Shown piece after piece: positions 9,282-18,153 of a stretch of DNA of 42,024 nt (its first letter is position 1; each line of letters begins with the position of its first letter). The DNA comes from Acidimicrobiia bacterium. GTDB taxonomy: Bacteria; Actinomycetota; Acidimicrobiia; Spongiisociales; SHLN01. The stretch is taken from positions 1 to 42,024 of the forward strand of contig JAOTYB010000002.1 in the NCBI GenBank assembly GCA_029862065.1. Direction: 5' to 3'. A program made the translations under genes and the position numbers. Under the pieces are notes generated by a model. It was not told where the DNA came from. It searched no databases and was given only the letters and a program-made list of their open reading frames with translations.

Positions 9282-11056
9282 GTACGGCCGGGCACGTCGA
9301 CCACGGCAAATCGACGCTGGTTCAGGCTCTCACCGGCCGCGATCCCGACCGATTGGCTGAGGAGAAGGCCCGGGGTCTGACCATCGACCTGGGGTTCGCC
9401 TGGGCCAAGCTCCCTTCCGGACAATCGGTGGGATTCGTCGATGTCCCGGGCCATGAACGATTCATCAAGAACATGCTGGCCGGCATCGAGGCCGTCAACG
9501 TTGGCCTGCTGGTCGTGGCGGCTGACGAAGGGTGGATGCCGCAATCCGAGGAACACCTGGCGGTGCTCGATCTCCTGCAGATTCCCCGATTGGTGATTGC
9601 GTTGACTCGGACAGGGTTGACTGACGACGAAACCCGGCAGATAGCCCAAGCCGAGGTTGAGGAGCAGGTGGCGGGTACCGTGGCAGCCGATGCACCGATC
9701 CTGCCGGTTGACTCGCTCACCGGTGAAGGACTCGACGCTCTGCGGGCCGCCCTCGATGACGCCATCGCCGTGTCCACCGTGACCGACCTGGGTCGGCCGC
9801 GCCTGTGGGTGGATCGCTCGTTCACTATCGCCGGTGCGGGAACCGTGGTCACCGGAACGCTGGTCGAGGGCCCGCTGGCGGTTGGCGATGAGGTGGCGGT
9901 GCTCCCCGGGACCCACCGGGGCCGCATCCGGAGCATCCAGAGCCACGAACAAACCCTCGAGCGGGTGGAGCCCGGAACCCGCACCGCCCTCAACCTGGCG
10001 GGCCTGGACACCAGCACCATCAGCCGGGGTGCCATGCTGGGCCGTCCCGGCGATTGGATACCGTCCGACCGAATGGTCGTGTCGCTCCGCACCGTTCGGG
10101 GCTTGACCTCCCCACTCAAAGACCGTGGGGCCTTTCATCTTCACCTGGGAAGCGGCTCATGGCCTGCCCGCCTGCGACTGCTGGAGGGGCCCGAGCTGCG
10201 CGGGTCGGGTCACGCCGTTCTCACTATCGAAGCGGAGGTCCCGGTGGCGATGGGCGACCGGTTCATCCTGCGGGAAGTTGGTCGAAGGGCCGTGGTCGGT
10301 GGAGGGCGGGTGCTCGAACCGAGCCCGCCCCGGAAAGTGCGGAGCCTCGATCTCGCCCCACTGGAGGCGTCCATCGAAGCCTCGCCCGACGAGCAAGCAG
10401 CCACACTGCTGGCGGCCCGCGGATCAGATCGGGTGAGCACCCTGGCCGCTCATAGTCGGGGAGGCACGGCCGCTCACGCCCTGGTGGGGGGGCCCGTGGC
10501 CCTTGATCCGGCGGCTGCCGGCCGTCTGACTTCCGCGGCCATCAATCGGGTGAGCGAGTTCCAAGCGGCCAACCCGCTCCGCCCGGGAATGCCCAAGGCC
10601 AGCCTGGCCAGCCAGCTCGGCCTGGAGCTCGCCGTGCTCGATGTGCTGCTGACACAATCGCCAGCGCTCACTGAAGCCGGGGCAGATATCGCCACCAGCG
10701 GATTCGCAGTTGAGCTGGACCCGGCCGAGCAAACCGCCTGGGAGGCGGCCCGAAAAGCATTGGGCGTAGGGCTGGCGGTGCCGGCCGTCAAGACGCTTGG
10801 GCTTTCGAACGAGCTAGTGCACGCCCTGGTGCGGGGCGGCGCATTAGTGAGAGTCAGCGGCGAGCTGGCATTTCTCCCTCAACAAGTCGATGCCATCGTC
10901 GCCGGATTGACAGAACTACCGGAGGACTTCACCGTGGCCCAGTTCCGGGATCACTTCGGACTCACCCGCAAGTACGCGGTGCCGCTATTGGAATGGCTGG
11001 ACGGTGAAGGTCACACAGTCCGTCGGGGGGACGGACGAGTCGTTAGATCGAACTAA
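9269..11056 (+). CDS. selB: Selenocysteine-specific translation elongation factor
   Basis: [45 protein letters not shown] matches the SelB G-domain. 595 aa with C-terminal winged-helix-length extension. The ATG overlaps the selA stop by 13 nt. Confidence 0.93.
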   Translation: [595 protein letters not shown]

Positions 11057-11312
11057 CGCCCTGGGCGATGAGCTGACGACGCTCGGTCTCGGTGTATCCG
11101 CCCCATATGCCGTACGGCTCGCGAATTTCCATGGCGTACTCGGTGCAGTCCCGTCGGACGGGGCAGACGGCGCAAATGGCCCGGGCCTTCGTCTCACGCC
11201 GCTCTCGCTCCTCTTTCCGCTCAATCGTGCTCGGCGGAAAGAAAAGGTGAGCCTGATTTCCCCGGCACAGCGCATCGCCCTGCCAGTCTCTGCTCGGCGC
11301 CACAGTCATCAC
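11043..11312 (-). CDS. whiB: WhiB family redox-sensing transcriptional regulator
   Basis: Cys pattern C-x(n)-C-x2-C-x5-C (ALCRG...AICAVCPVRRDC) followed by GIWGG. AGGAGG lies 9-12 nt upstream of the GTG/ATG pair at 11312/11309. The 3' end overlaps selB by 14 nt (convergent). Confidence 0.9.
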   Translation of the reverse strand: MMTVAPSRDWQGDALCRGNQAHLFFPPSTIERKEERERRETKARAICAVCPVRRDCTEYAMEIREPYGIWGGYTETERRQLIAQGVSSI

Positions 11313-11494
11313 CAGCGCGTTCCTCCTGTATTAGCTGGGAAAACGGTACCAGCAGAACGCGAAAACGCCAGAAGAATTTTTCTTCGTGAATACACGTCGT
11401 CCCCAACAACCTTGCTGGCTCACCTCAGCGGGGTTTCTCTGGGCCTGGCGCCGGCGGCGCCGGCCGTCGACCAGCTCAAATCAGGCGGCAGCAA

Positions 11495-11549
11495 GCGGAT
11501 TTCTCCGCCATTGACGCCACGGTGCTCCAGACCCGGCGGAGAAATCCGC
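11495..11549 (-). terminator. 15-bp perfect inverted repeat just downstream of nfeD, a candidate terminator or structured element
   Basis: gcggatttctccgcc (11495-11509) pairs with ggcggagaaatccgc (11535-11549). The loop is 25 nt, long for an intrinsic terminator. There is no clear U-tract. Confidence 0.4.
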
Positions 11550-11553
11550 AAAG

Positions 11554-12807
11554 CTAAACGGGGTCCACCTCGAGGATGATGCCCTCGACCGAGGCAATAA
11601 CTACCTGATCGCCCGGATTGATGCCCGAGGCTCGACGAGAGTTGGCTTTCCAGCGGGCCCCGTCGACCAGAACCACCCCTTCGGGGGCCACCGCGGTTTC
11701 GGCAGTCCCCGTCATACCGATGAGGTGCTCCCGGCCGATCGTGGGAGTCGAGAACCGAGCGCGGACCACGGTGGTCATGGCGAACAGGAAGAAAAGGGCA
11801 ATCGACAGCACGATCAGAGCTGCGCTCCACCACGCCATCGACAGCTGGGGCGGCTCATGCACGAAGTAGCGGGCGCCCACCAGCATGGCGACCGTGCCCA
11901 GCAGCGACGCTACCCGCAGCTGAATACGTTGGAAGTCGTACAGGTAGAGGCCGAGGCCGAGCACCCCAAGTGCCAGCGCCCACCAATTGACCGGCAACAC
12001 GGCAATTCCATATCCGCTTAGAAATATCGTGAGCACCGAGACTGCCGCGGCCACTCCTACCCCTGCGGCGTAGAACTCAAAGACCGCCACCGACAGGCCC
12101 AGCAACAGGAACCAATAGGCAACGGCCGGCGACAGGCTGAGTCGCAGTGCCCGATCGACGAAGCCCTGCTCGTGGAAGCGTGTGGTGATGGGCCGGCGGG
12201 TTCCGTCGTCGGTGGCCTCCGACACGTTGATCGTGACCTCGGCGCCTCGCACAAAGACCGTTCGCCCATCCAGCGATTGCACGATGTTGACAAGTCCCGG
12301 GTGTACTTCGTCGATCAGGCCGTCGATCGGTCCGGCCACAGTGGTTCGGTCGTCCCGCAGGTCCTCGGGGATCACCGGATCGTCAGCGTTGCCGACGGGG
12401 AGGACACTCGACTCGCCGGAGAGATAAGGCAGCCCGGCCCCCACCTTGGCTCCCGGGGCCGCCATTCGTATCGGAGCGGTCTCCAACACCCCAAGGGCGC
12501 CCCCGTACGCGACGGCGGTTTGGGGTCCAACCCACACCGCCAGTGGAGCCCCCGGGTTGGAAACAACCTCGAACAATCCCCAGATCTCGTTGCTTATTGC
12601 CGCCGGCGAATCGAGCTGCAAAATGATCAGCTCCGACGTGGCACTCACCTCTCGCACGGTCTCGATGGTGAAGTCGATCATCCGCTCATCCAGCGGGCCA
12701 CTCACTTTGATCACATCGATGAAGCGGTCCGCTTCCTGCGCTCCGGCCGGCAGGGCGGAGACGAGTAGCAGTCCGGAAACGATGATGAGGGTCAAACGGC
12801 GAAGCAT
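11554..12807 (-). CDS. NfeD family membrane-bound ClpP-class serine protease (long form)
   Basis: Signal-like MLRRLTLIIVSGLLLVSALPAGAQEA from ATG 12805-12807; TTG 12867 and ATG 12858 are alternatives. The N-terminal ClpP-like region is followed by about 5 TM helices, then a C-terminal NfeD OB-type domain (VLVDGARWKANS...GDQVVIASVEGIILEV). Confidence 0.8.
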   Translation of the reverse strand: MLRRLTLIIVSGLLLVSALPAGAQEADRFIDVIKVSGPLDERMIDFTIETVREVSATSELIILQLDSPAAISNEIWGLFEVVSNPGAPLAVWVGPQTAVAYGGALGVLETAPIRMAAPGAKVGAGLPYLSGESSVLPVGNADDPVIPEDLRDDRTTVAGPIDGLIDEVHPGLVNIVQSLDGRTVFVRGAEVTINVSEATDDGTRRPITTRFHEQGFVDRALRLSLSPAVAYWFLLLGLSVAVFEFYAAGVGVAAAVSVLTIFLSGYGIAVLPVNWWALALGVLGLGLYLYDFQRIQLRVASLLGTVAMLVGARYFVHEPPQLSMAWWSAALIVLSIALFFLFAMTTVVRARFSTPTIGREHLIGMTGTAETAVAPEGVVLVDGARWKANSRRASGINPGDQVVIASVEGIILEVDPV

Positions 12808-12947
12808 CGAAATGATGATACGGAGCCAGCACGCCTGCCCCCGAGTGGGATCAGACATCCTGAGCAAGTCCCCCGGCGTTGCCTTAGCTCGGGAACCGGA
12901 CAGGCCATGCCGACCGTCGATACCTCACGCGACGGAAGGGACCGGGA

Positions 12948-14405
12948 ATGACGACGGATATCGAATCGTGGGAGGTCCCCCGAGACGCAGTGGTCTTTGA
13001 GAGGGCCGGCGTGGTGTGGTTGGCGGCCGGTGGAGTGGCGGCGGCAGTCGAGATCCTGCTCCACAACTCGCTGTTCAACGCAGCGCCCCTCGGCCTCGGC
13101 TTCACTATCGCCACAGTTCTGATCGCCGTCCTCCTCTTCGCCTCCGGCCCGCTCACCCATCACCCGCCCAGCGTCGCCACACGAGTGTTTGCCGGACTCA
13201 TGGCCGTCTTCGGGTTGTTCGTCACCTTCCGGGCCTCACCCGCCCTCACCACGCTCAACGTATTGACGGTGTTGGCGCTGCTAGTAGGTGCCTCCTTCCT
13301 GTACTCCTCGGGCCGCTTGTGGGACATGAGAATCATGGACTACCCACGGGCGGGCCTCGTCACTGCCGCCAACGCCCTGGCTCAAACCGGGGATTTCCTT
13401 CGCGTCGACGTATCCCAGGCCGGGCTGATTCCGGCTGAGGGCTGGCAGCGTGTCCGGCCCTATCTCCGCGGCATCGCCATCGCCTTCGTTCCGCTGGCTC
13501 TGTTCCTTGGGCTCTTTGCCTCGGCCGACGCCGTATTCGCGGCATTCGCCGATGACCTCTTCGGCACCGACCTCGACCTGTGGAGGTTGGCGTGGGCAGC
13601 GGCAATCGCCGCAGCCATCGAGTGGATGTTGATCGGATTGCTCCGCTACGGAGCGGCCGGCGACGGCCTCGAAGATTGGGAGCGACCGGACGACCTTCGC
13701 CTCGGTACCACCGAAGCTGCCACAGTGGTGGGACTCCTGAATGCGCTGTTTGCCCTGTTTGTCATCGTCCAGTTCGCCTATCTGTTCGGCGGAGCTGACG
13801 TCGTGGCCCGCACTGGAGGCCTCACCCCCGCCGAGTACGCCCGGGAGGGGTTCTTTCAGCTGGTGGTGGTGGCCGCGGCGGTTCTCGGGCTCGTCCTGTT
13901 CATTGACTGGTGGACGCGGCCGGCTGGGTCGACATCATCTCCCCTATTGAACGCCCTGCATGGCGGCCTGATCGTTCTGACCGCCGTCATCCTCGTGAGC
14001 GCCGTAAAGCGCATGAGCGTGTACGTAGACGAGTTCGGGCTCACCCAGCTGCGGTTCTATGCGGTGGCGATCATGGTCTGGGTCGGCTTCTTACTGCTGT
14101 GGGCGCTGCTCACTGTGCTGCCCGGCTACCGGGCGCTGTTCGGAGCCGGCGCCTTTGTGTCGGCCCTGCTGTTGATCGCCGGCCTGAACGTGGTGAACCC
14201 CGACGCCACCATTGCCCGTACCAACATCGACCGATTCGTAACCCACGGAGCGGAGATCGACTTCGCCTATCTCACCAACAACCTGAGCAGCGACGCCGGT
14301 CCGGTCCTGCGGGCCAACGCCGGGATCCTGCCCTTTGACTCGTTGGGCGCCTCGAACGCCGACCACGATTGGCGCAGCTTCAACCTCAGTCGTTCCCGGG
14401 AGTAG
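12948..14405 (+). CDS. Polytopic membrane protein (DUF4153/DUF4173-like)
   Basis: About 10 or more hydrophobic segments. The C-terminal motif NIDRFV..GAEIDFAYLTNNLSSDAGPVL is remembered as typical of this DUF. The family name is uncertain. Confidence 0.7.
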   Translation: MTTDIESWEVPRDAVVFERAGVVWLAAGGVAAAVEILLHNSLFNAAPLGLGFTIATVLIAVLLFASGPLTHHPPSVATRVFAGLMAVFGLFVTFRASPALTTLNVLTVLALLVGASFLYSSGRLWDMRIMDYPRAGLVTAANALAQTGDFLRVDVSQAGLIPAEGWQRVRPYLRGIAIAFVPLALFLGLFASADAVFAAFADDLFGTDLDLWRLAWAAAIAAAIEWMLIGLLRYGAAGDGLEDWERPDDLRLGTTEAATVVGLLNALFALFVIVQFAYLFGGADVVARTGGLTPAEYAREGFFQLVVVAAAVLGLVLFIDWWTRPAGSTSSPLLNALHGGLIVLTAVILVSAVKRMSVYVDEFGLTQLRFYAVAIMVWVGFLLLWALLTVLPGYRALFGAGAFVSALLLIAGLNVVNPDATIARTNIDRFVTHGAEIDFAYLTNNLSSDAGPVLRANAGILPFDSLGASNADHDWRSFNLSRSRE

Positions 14406-14727
14406 GCCCAGAGTGCGCTCCCCTCCCTGGAGGGAGGGGTGGCTCCGCTCAAGGCGGAGTCGGGCTGGGGGTAGCGGTTGTCGACACGGAAGGGTGCGGC
14501 CGACGGGCCTCCCCCATCCGTCCTCGGTGCTCCGCACCGATCCCACCTCCCCTCAAGGGGAAGGAACACAGCGCACCCCCGCCACGAGGCTGCGGAGCAG
14601 ACTCGCAAGCAACGGCCAAGCCGTTGCCCGCCCCCCTACCCCCGAAGGGGGGACTGACGAGGTGCCACGAGTTTGCCTTCGGCAAACTCGCAAGCAACGC
14701 CTGTGGCGTTGCCCTAGCCTTGCCTCT
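14405..14727 (+). repeat. Hairpin-dense GC-rich intergenic spacer containing two to three copies of a bipartite double-hairpin module
   Basis: Hairpins read directly from the sequence: 14420-14439 (cccctccc/gggagggg), 14443-14459, 14525-14539 (cggtgc/gcaccg), about 14546-14564, 14586-14604 (one mismatch), 14609-14627 (gcaacggc/gccgttgc), 14639-14651 (ccccc/ggggg), 14669-14689 (gagtttgcc/ggcaaactc), and 14694-14712 (gcaacgcc/ggcgttgc). Confidence 0.8.
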
Positions 14728-15114
14728 ATGCCAAAGATCCTTGTGGTCGCCGACACACCGTGGGTGAAGAACGATGTTCACGCAGCCCTCAGTCTTCCCG
14801 GGTTCGAGATCACCGATCACGACGACCCCCGCACGCTCGTCGAGGCGGCAACTGAGCACGCCCCCGATGTCGCCGTCATCGATCTTCAGGTAGCCGCCAT
14901 GGGGGGCATGGCAATGGCTCGGGTCTTGAAGGAAGCCGCCCAGGCGCCCGACTTCCCCGAGATTCCGATCGTGCTGCTGCTCGACCGCAGCGCAGACACC
15001 TTCCTCGCCAAGCGAGCGGCGGTTGCCGCCTGGGTCATAAAGCCGTTCGAGACCGCTGAGTTGCGGTCGGCTGTGGCGGTGGTGCTTACCGAGGAGCCGG
15101 CGCCAAGCCCGTGA
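14728..15114 (+). CDS. Stand-alone response-regulator receiver domain protein (atypical acidic pocket)
   Basis: Start at ATG 14728 (MPKILVVADT...). The upstream part of the ORF-track frame lies in the hairpin spacer. Acceptor Asp in DVAVIDLQVAAMGG and a conserved KPF. The usual DD is ADT here, and the conserved Thr/Ser position reads LLLD. There is no output domain. Confidence 0.8.
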   Translation: MPKILVVADTPWVKNDVHAALSLPGFEITDHDDPRTLVEAATEHAPDVAVIDLQVAAMGGMAMARVLKEAAQAPDFPEIPIVLLLDRSADTFLAKRAAVAAWVIKPFETAELRSAVAVVLTEEPAPSP

Positions 15115-16355
15115 GCGGCTTACATCTGCTGTACATCAGCATCCTCGGCGTCTGCATTGTTGCTTCCGGGTTCTTCTCGGGATCAGAGACTGCCATCGTC
15201 GGCATCCAGCGCGAGCGAGTCCATCAGCTGGCGGCCCGCGATAAGCGGGGAAAGAAACTCGAAGCGTTGCTGGCCGAGCCCGACCGCACCCTCAGCACAC
15301 TGCTCATAGCCAACAACTTCGTGAACATCCTGGCGGCATCGGTGGCCACCGCGTTGCTGATCGATTTAGCGGGCGAGTCCTGGGGACCGTGGATCGTGAC
15401 CCTGGCTCTGACAGCCGTCATCCTGGTGTTTGGCGAGATTGGCCCCAAGACGCTGGCTCATCGGCATCCTGAGCGGTTTTCGCTGTTGGTGGCTGGATCG
15501 ATCTCCACCCTGTCGCGGGTGCTCCAGCCGATCAGTACCTTCTTTACCTGGCTGACTCGGAGGTTGTTCCGGTTGTTCCGAATCCACCTCGGGGGCGGCC
15601 TCACCCCTGTCACCGAGGACGACATCCGGGCGATGGCCGCACTCAGTGAGAGCTCGGGCGAGATCGAGGCCGCCGAGCGCGAGATCATCGACGCCGTCTT
15701 CTCGCTGGCCGATCGTCCAATCCGGGAAGTGATGACCCCTCGCGTCGACATCGTGTCTCTGACAGCCCCGATCACCATGGAGGCCGTGCAGGAAGCCGTC
15801 GTGTCCACCGGACATAGCCGGTTTCCGGTGATTGCCGACACCCATGATGAGATGCTGGGGATCCTGGCCGTCAAGGACCTCCTCCGGCTCCCGCCGGGCG
15901 TGTCGCCGGCCGAGATCGCCCGATTGCTGCGGCCGCCCACCTACATCCCCGAGTCTCGCTCGGTACTGGCGGTGCTCCAGGAGATGCGCCATAGTCGCTT
16001 CGGGTTCGGAGTGGTTGTGGACGAGCACGGCGGTGTGGAGGGCATCGCCACCGCCAAGGACGTCATCTCTGAACTAGTTGGCTCGCTGCAGGACGAATAC
16101 GACCCAACCGTCCCATCCATCATCCCGGCCGGGCCGAGCCGTTGGGTGGTCGACGGACGCACCGACGTTGACGAGCTGGAAGAGGTCGTCAACGTCGAGC
16201 TCCCTCGCGGTGACTACTCAACGGTGGCCGGGCTCTTCATGGACCTGGCGGGCCGAATCCCTGACGAGGGCGACCAGCTCGAAGTGGAGAGTCTCACACT
16301 GACGGTCCTCCTCATGGAACGACGGCGAATAGCCCGCATCCGGGTAGAGCAATAG
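15111..16355 (+). CDS. CNNM/CorC-HlyC family transporter-associated protein (DUF21 membrane domain, CBS pair, CorC_HlyC C-terminal domain)
   Basis: FFSGSETA, then LLIANNFVNI, the CBS-pair region (VMTPRVDIV...SRFPV...LGILAVKDLL), and a C-terminal transporter-associated domain (GDYSTVAGLFMDLAGRIPDEGD). Its GTG start overlaps the receiver gene's stop (GTGA at 15111-15114). Confidence 0.9.
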   Translation: MSGLHLLYISILGVCIVASGFFSGSETAIVGIQRERVHQLAARDKRGKKLEALLAEPDRTLSTLLIANNFVNILAASVATALLIDLAGESWGPWIVTLALTAVILVFGEIGPKTLAHRHPERFSLLVAGSISTLSRVLQPISTFFTWLTRRLFRLFRIHLGGGLTPVTEDDIRAMAALSESSGEIEAAEREIIDAVFSLADRPIREVMTPRVDIVSLTAPITMEAVQEAVVSTGHSRFPVIADTHDEMLGILAVKDLLRLPPGVSPAEIARLLRPPTYIPESRSVLAVLQEMRHSRFGFGVVVDEHGGVEGIATAKDVISELVGSLQDEYDPTVPSIIPAGPSRWVVDGRTDVDELEEVVNVELPRGDYSTVAGLFMDLAGRIPDEGDQLEVESLTLTVLLMERRRIARIRVEQ

Positions 16356-16460
16356 CCACCTTCCTCTGGTGACAGGTTCATGAGACCTGGAAGACCCCGC
16401 CGCCGCATCGACAGTCGATGAGAGACAACTGGCGACTGGAAGCAGGCGACTGATTGACCA

Positions 16461-16491
16461 CAGCCTCCGGTGACAACGCCACCGGAGGCTG
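16461..16491. terminator. 12-bp perfect hairpin between the CNNM gene and the tRNA-Pro 3' end, a candidate bidirectional terminator
   Basis: cagcctccggtg (16461-16472), 7-nt loop acaacgc, caccggaggctg (16480-16491). It sits 3 nt beyond the tRNA 3' end and 106 nt after the CNNM stop. Confidence 0.6.
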
Positions 16492-16493
16492 AT

Positions 16494-16570
16494 TGGTCGG
16501 GACGGCGGGATTTGAACCCGCGACCTCATCGTCCCGAACGATGCGCGCTACCAAGCTGCGCTACGTCCCG
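16494..16570 (-). tRNA. tRNA-Pro (anticodon CGG), CCA encoded
   Basis: The reverse complement folds as a cloverleaf. Acceptor CGGGACG/CGTCCCG. D arm GCGC-AGCTTGGTA-GCGC. Anticodon stem CATCG/CGATG with loop TTCGGGA. Variable loop AGGTC. T arm GCGGG-TTCAAAT-CCCGC. Discriminator A followed by CCA. Total 77 nt. Confidence 0.93.
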
Positions 16571-16612
16571 TAAGGCAGGCAGTGTACTCAGGCTGAGGGG
16601 GCTGGGGAATAG

Positions 16613-17713
16613 CTAGCCGTAGCGAGTGGGCAGGGCCCGAGGGGTGCCTTCCCAGCTGAGGGCCCGATCGTGCTTGATCGGCTCCCGGAATTCCGCCTCT
16701 TCGGTGACTTCACCGCCAACCACCTTCAGTACGACCGGGCCGGTGGGTGCGTCGGTCTCGGCTGGGTGGGCGGTGAGCCGACCAACTCGGCCGAACATGC
16801 GCCGCACCCGCCACGGGTCGGTGACCAGGTCTTCGAGCAACGGGCCTGAACCGGGATACAGAACGTCCAGGGTCGAGACGAGACACCGCACAGCCCCGGC
16901 CTGCCAGCGCCGAGCGTCGACGGCTGTGAGGGAGCGGGCCACCGAATCGGGATGCAGTTCGACCATATGAGACCGGCGGCCACCACCGTCGTAGGTGTGG
17001 TTGGCCAGCGAGGCTGCCGCCGAGCTGGTTCGGCCGATCACCAGAATGACGTCACGGCGGGCATCGAGGGATGTGTCGGTTCCCCACCCGACGACAACGA
17101 CGTCGGCCAGGGCCACCCCGACTTCGGCTCGGGCGAGACGCTGGGCCTCCAGGTAGGGATCGCAGGCTCCGGATACGAGCCCGACTGCGCTGGCAGTCAC
17201 CGATGGAATCGTTCCCCCAAACCTGTCCTGCACCAACGTCCAGGGCTGACCAGTGCCATCGGTGGCGATAATCCACAACACCATCTCCACCTGGTGTCCC
17301 GGTTGATACCGGGCAGCGAGACGGCTCACCACGTCGCGGGGCCTGTGCTCCATCACGTCGCTGACCGGCCGATACGGAAGATGCTCTCCTGCGAAGGCCC
17401 ATCCCTGGCCGGTCGTTTCGAAACGGACCTCGGTGGCGGGGCGCGATTGGGCCAACGCGGCGGAGGCCACCGTCACAATTGCGGCGGCACCTGCGGCCCA
17501 ATGGAGGAGCGCCGCCACGGTGATGAGCAGGAAACCGCCCGCGACCAGGACGACGGTGCGCAGCTGAACGCGGCGCACCCCCCACAGTTTGAACCCGATC
17601 AGCAAGCGTTCTCTCAGCACACGGTTCTCTCTCGTTCGGGCCGCCCGTGTCGCCAAGAGCCAATGGCTCTGTGAAATCACAGTATCACTCCGGGTGGTAT
17701 CTCGCCTACGCAA
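16613..17713 (-). CDS. Membrane-anchored hypothetical protein with a degenerate Nudix-like soluble domain (paralog B)
   Basis: TTG start, so the exact start is uncertain. N-terminal basic stretch followed by TM segments ([35 protein letters not shown]). Aligns with the 18154..19152 product: [25 protein letters not shown] against LELWLVATDDQGQDWTLVQEIRE, and [22 protein letters not shown] against AAHRVVKEEIDVPLVDIELFGWG. Confidence 0.6.
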   Translation of the reverse strand: MRRRDTTRSDTVISQSHWLLATRAARTRENRVLRERLLIGFKLWGVRRVQLRTVVLVAGGFLLITVAALLHWAAGAAAIVTVASAALAQSRPATEVRFETTGQGWAFAGEHLPYRPVSDVMEHRPRDVVSRLAARYQPGHQVEMVLWIIATDGTGQPWTLVQDRFGGTIPSVTASAVGLVSGACDPYLEAQRLARAEVGVALADVVVVGWGTDTSLDARRDVILVIGRTSSAAASLANHTYDGGGRRSHMVELHPDSVARSLTAVDARRWQAGAVRCLVSTLDVLYPGSGPLLEDLVTDPWRVRRMFGRVGRLTAHPAETDAPTGPVVLKVVGGEVTEEAEFREPIKHDRALSWEGTPRALPTRYG

Positions 17714-17725
17714 AGTAACTAGTCC

Positions 17726-18115
17726 TCATACGAGATACAGGAGCTCGTGTCGTTCTCGATCGGCCACTGACGGCCAGGCCACAGCCAGCCCGGCTAGAGA
17801 TAGGACCGCCCCCAGGGCCGACAGCCACCAGGGCCCGACGATGATGGCCATCGCGAAGCCGATGAGACCGATCGAGGCCGCACCCGCCAGCTTCAGGGCA
17901 ATCGTGAGTCGATATCGGCGCTCGTCTCCTGGCGGAAGCGGCATCTGCCGCAGCCACAAGAGAACAAGCAGCTCTACACCCGCCAGCAGCAAAACGATCA
18001 CGGTGCCGAGAACGGGCCATCCGTCTTGCGTGTCAATCGCCCGGGCACCCCGGATTATCGAGGCGAAGCCAAACAGCCAGACGGCAGCGAGTAGCGACAG
18101 GGAGCGGGAGTCCAC
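17726..18115 (-). CDS. Small integral membrane protein (about 4 TM)
   Basis: GTG start. Four hydrophobic segments (LLAAVWLFGFASII, VLGTVIVLLLAGVELLVLLWL, LAGAASIGLIGFAMAIIVG, LSALGAVLSLAGLAVAW). It sits between the two paralogs with gaps of 38 and 12 nt. Confidence 0.6.
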   Translation of the reverse strand: MDSRSLSLLAAVWLFGFASIIRGARAIDTQDGWPVLGTVIVLLLAGVELLVLLWLRQMPLPPGDERRYRLTIALKLAGAASIGLIGFAMAIIVGPWWLSALGAVLSLAGLAVAWPSVADRERHELLYLV

Positions 18116-18153
18116 CCCGGCAGCGTAAAGGCGGTGGCCTCAGCCACCAACGA

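Noticed and set aside
11554-12807. The long-form NfeD protease lacks the SPFH/stomatin partner gene that usually follows it.
   Set aside because: The partner could be elsewhere. Absence from one window is weak evidence, so I note it only here.
14467-14515. Possible Mn2+ (yybP-ykoY) or Mg2+ (M-box) riboswitch upstream of the CNNM/CorC operon.
   Set aside because: Only short similarities are present (GGGGGTAGCG, TTGTCGACA, closing CCTCCCCC). The segment is about 50 nt against about 100-160 nt for those classes. The four-helix architecture cannot be drawn. An Infernal scan is needed to confirm.
16449-16495. A 7-nt direct repeat CTGATTG flanks the hairpin next to the tRNA-Pro 3' end, which could be an att-site scar of an integrated element.
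   Set aside because: Seven nucleotides is too short to be significant. No integrase or compositional island is adjacent. The enclosed sequence is only a terminator-like hairpin.
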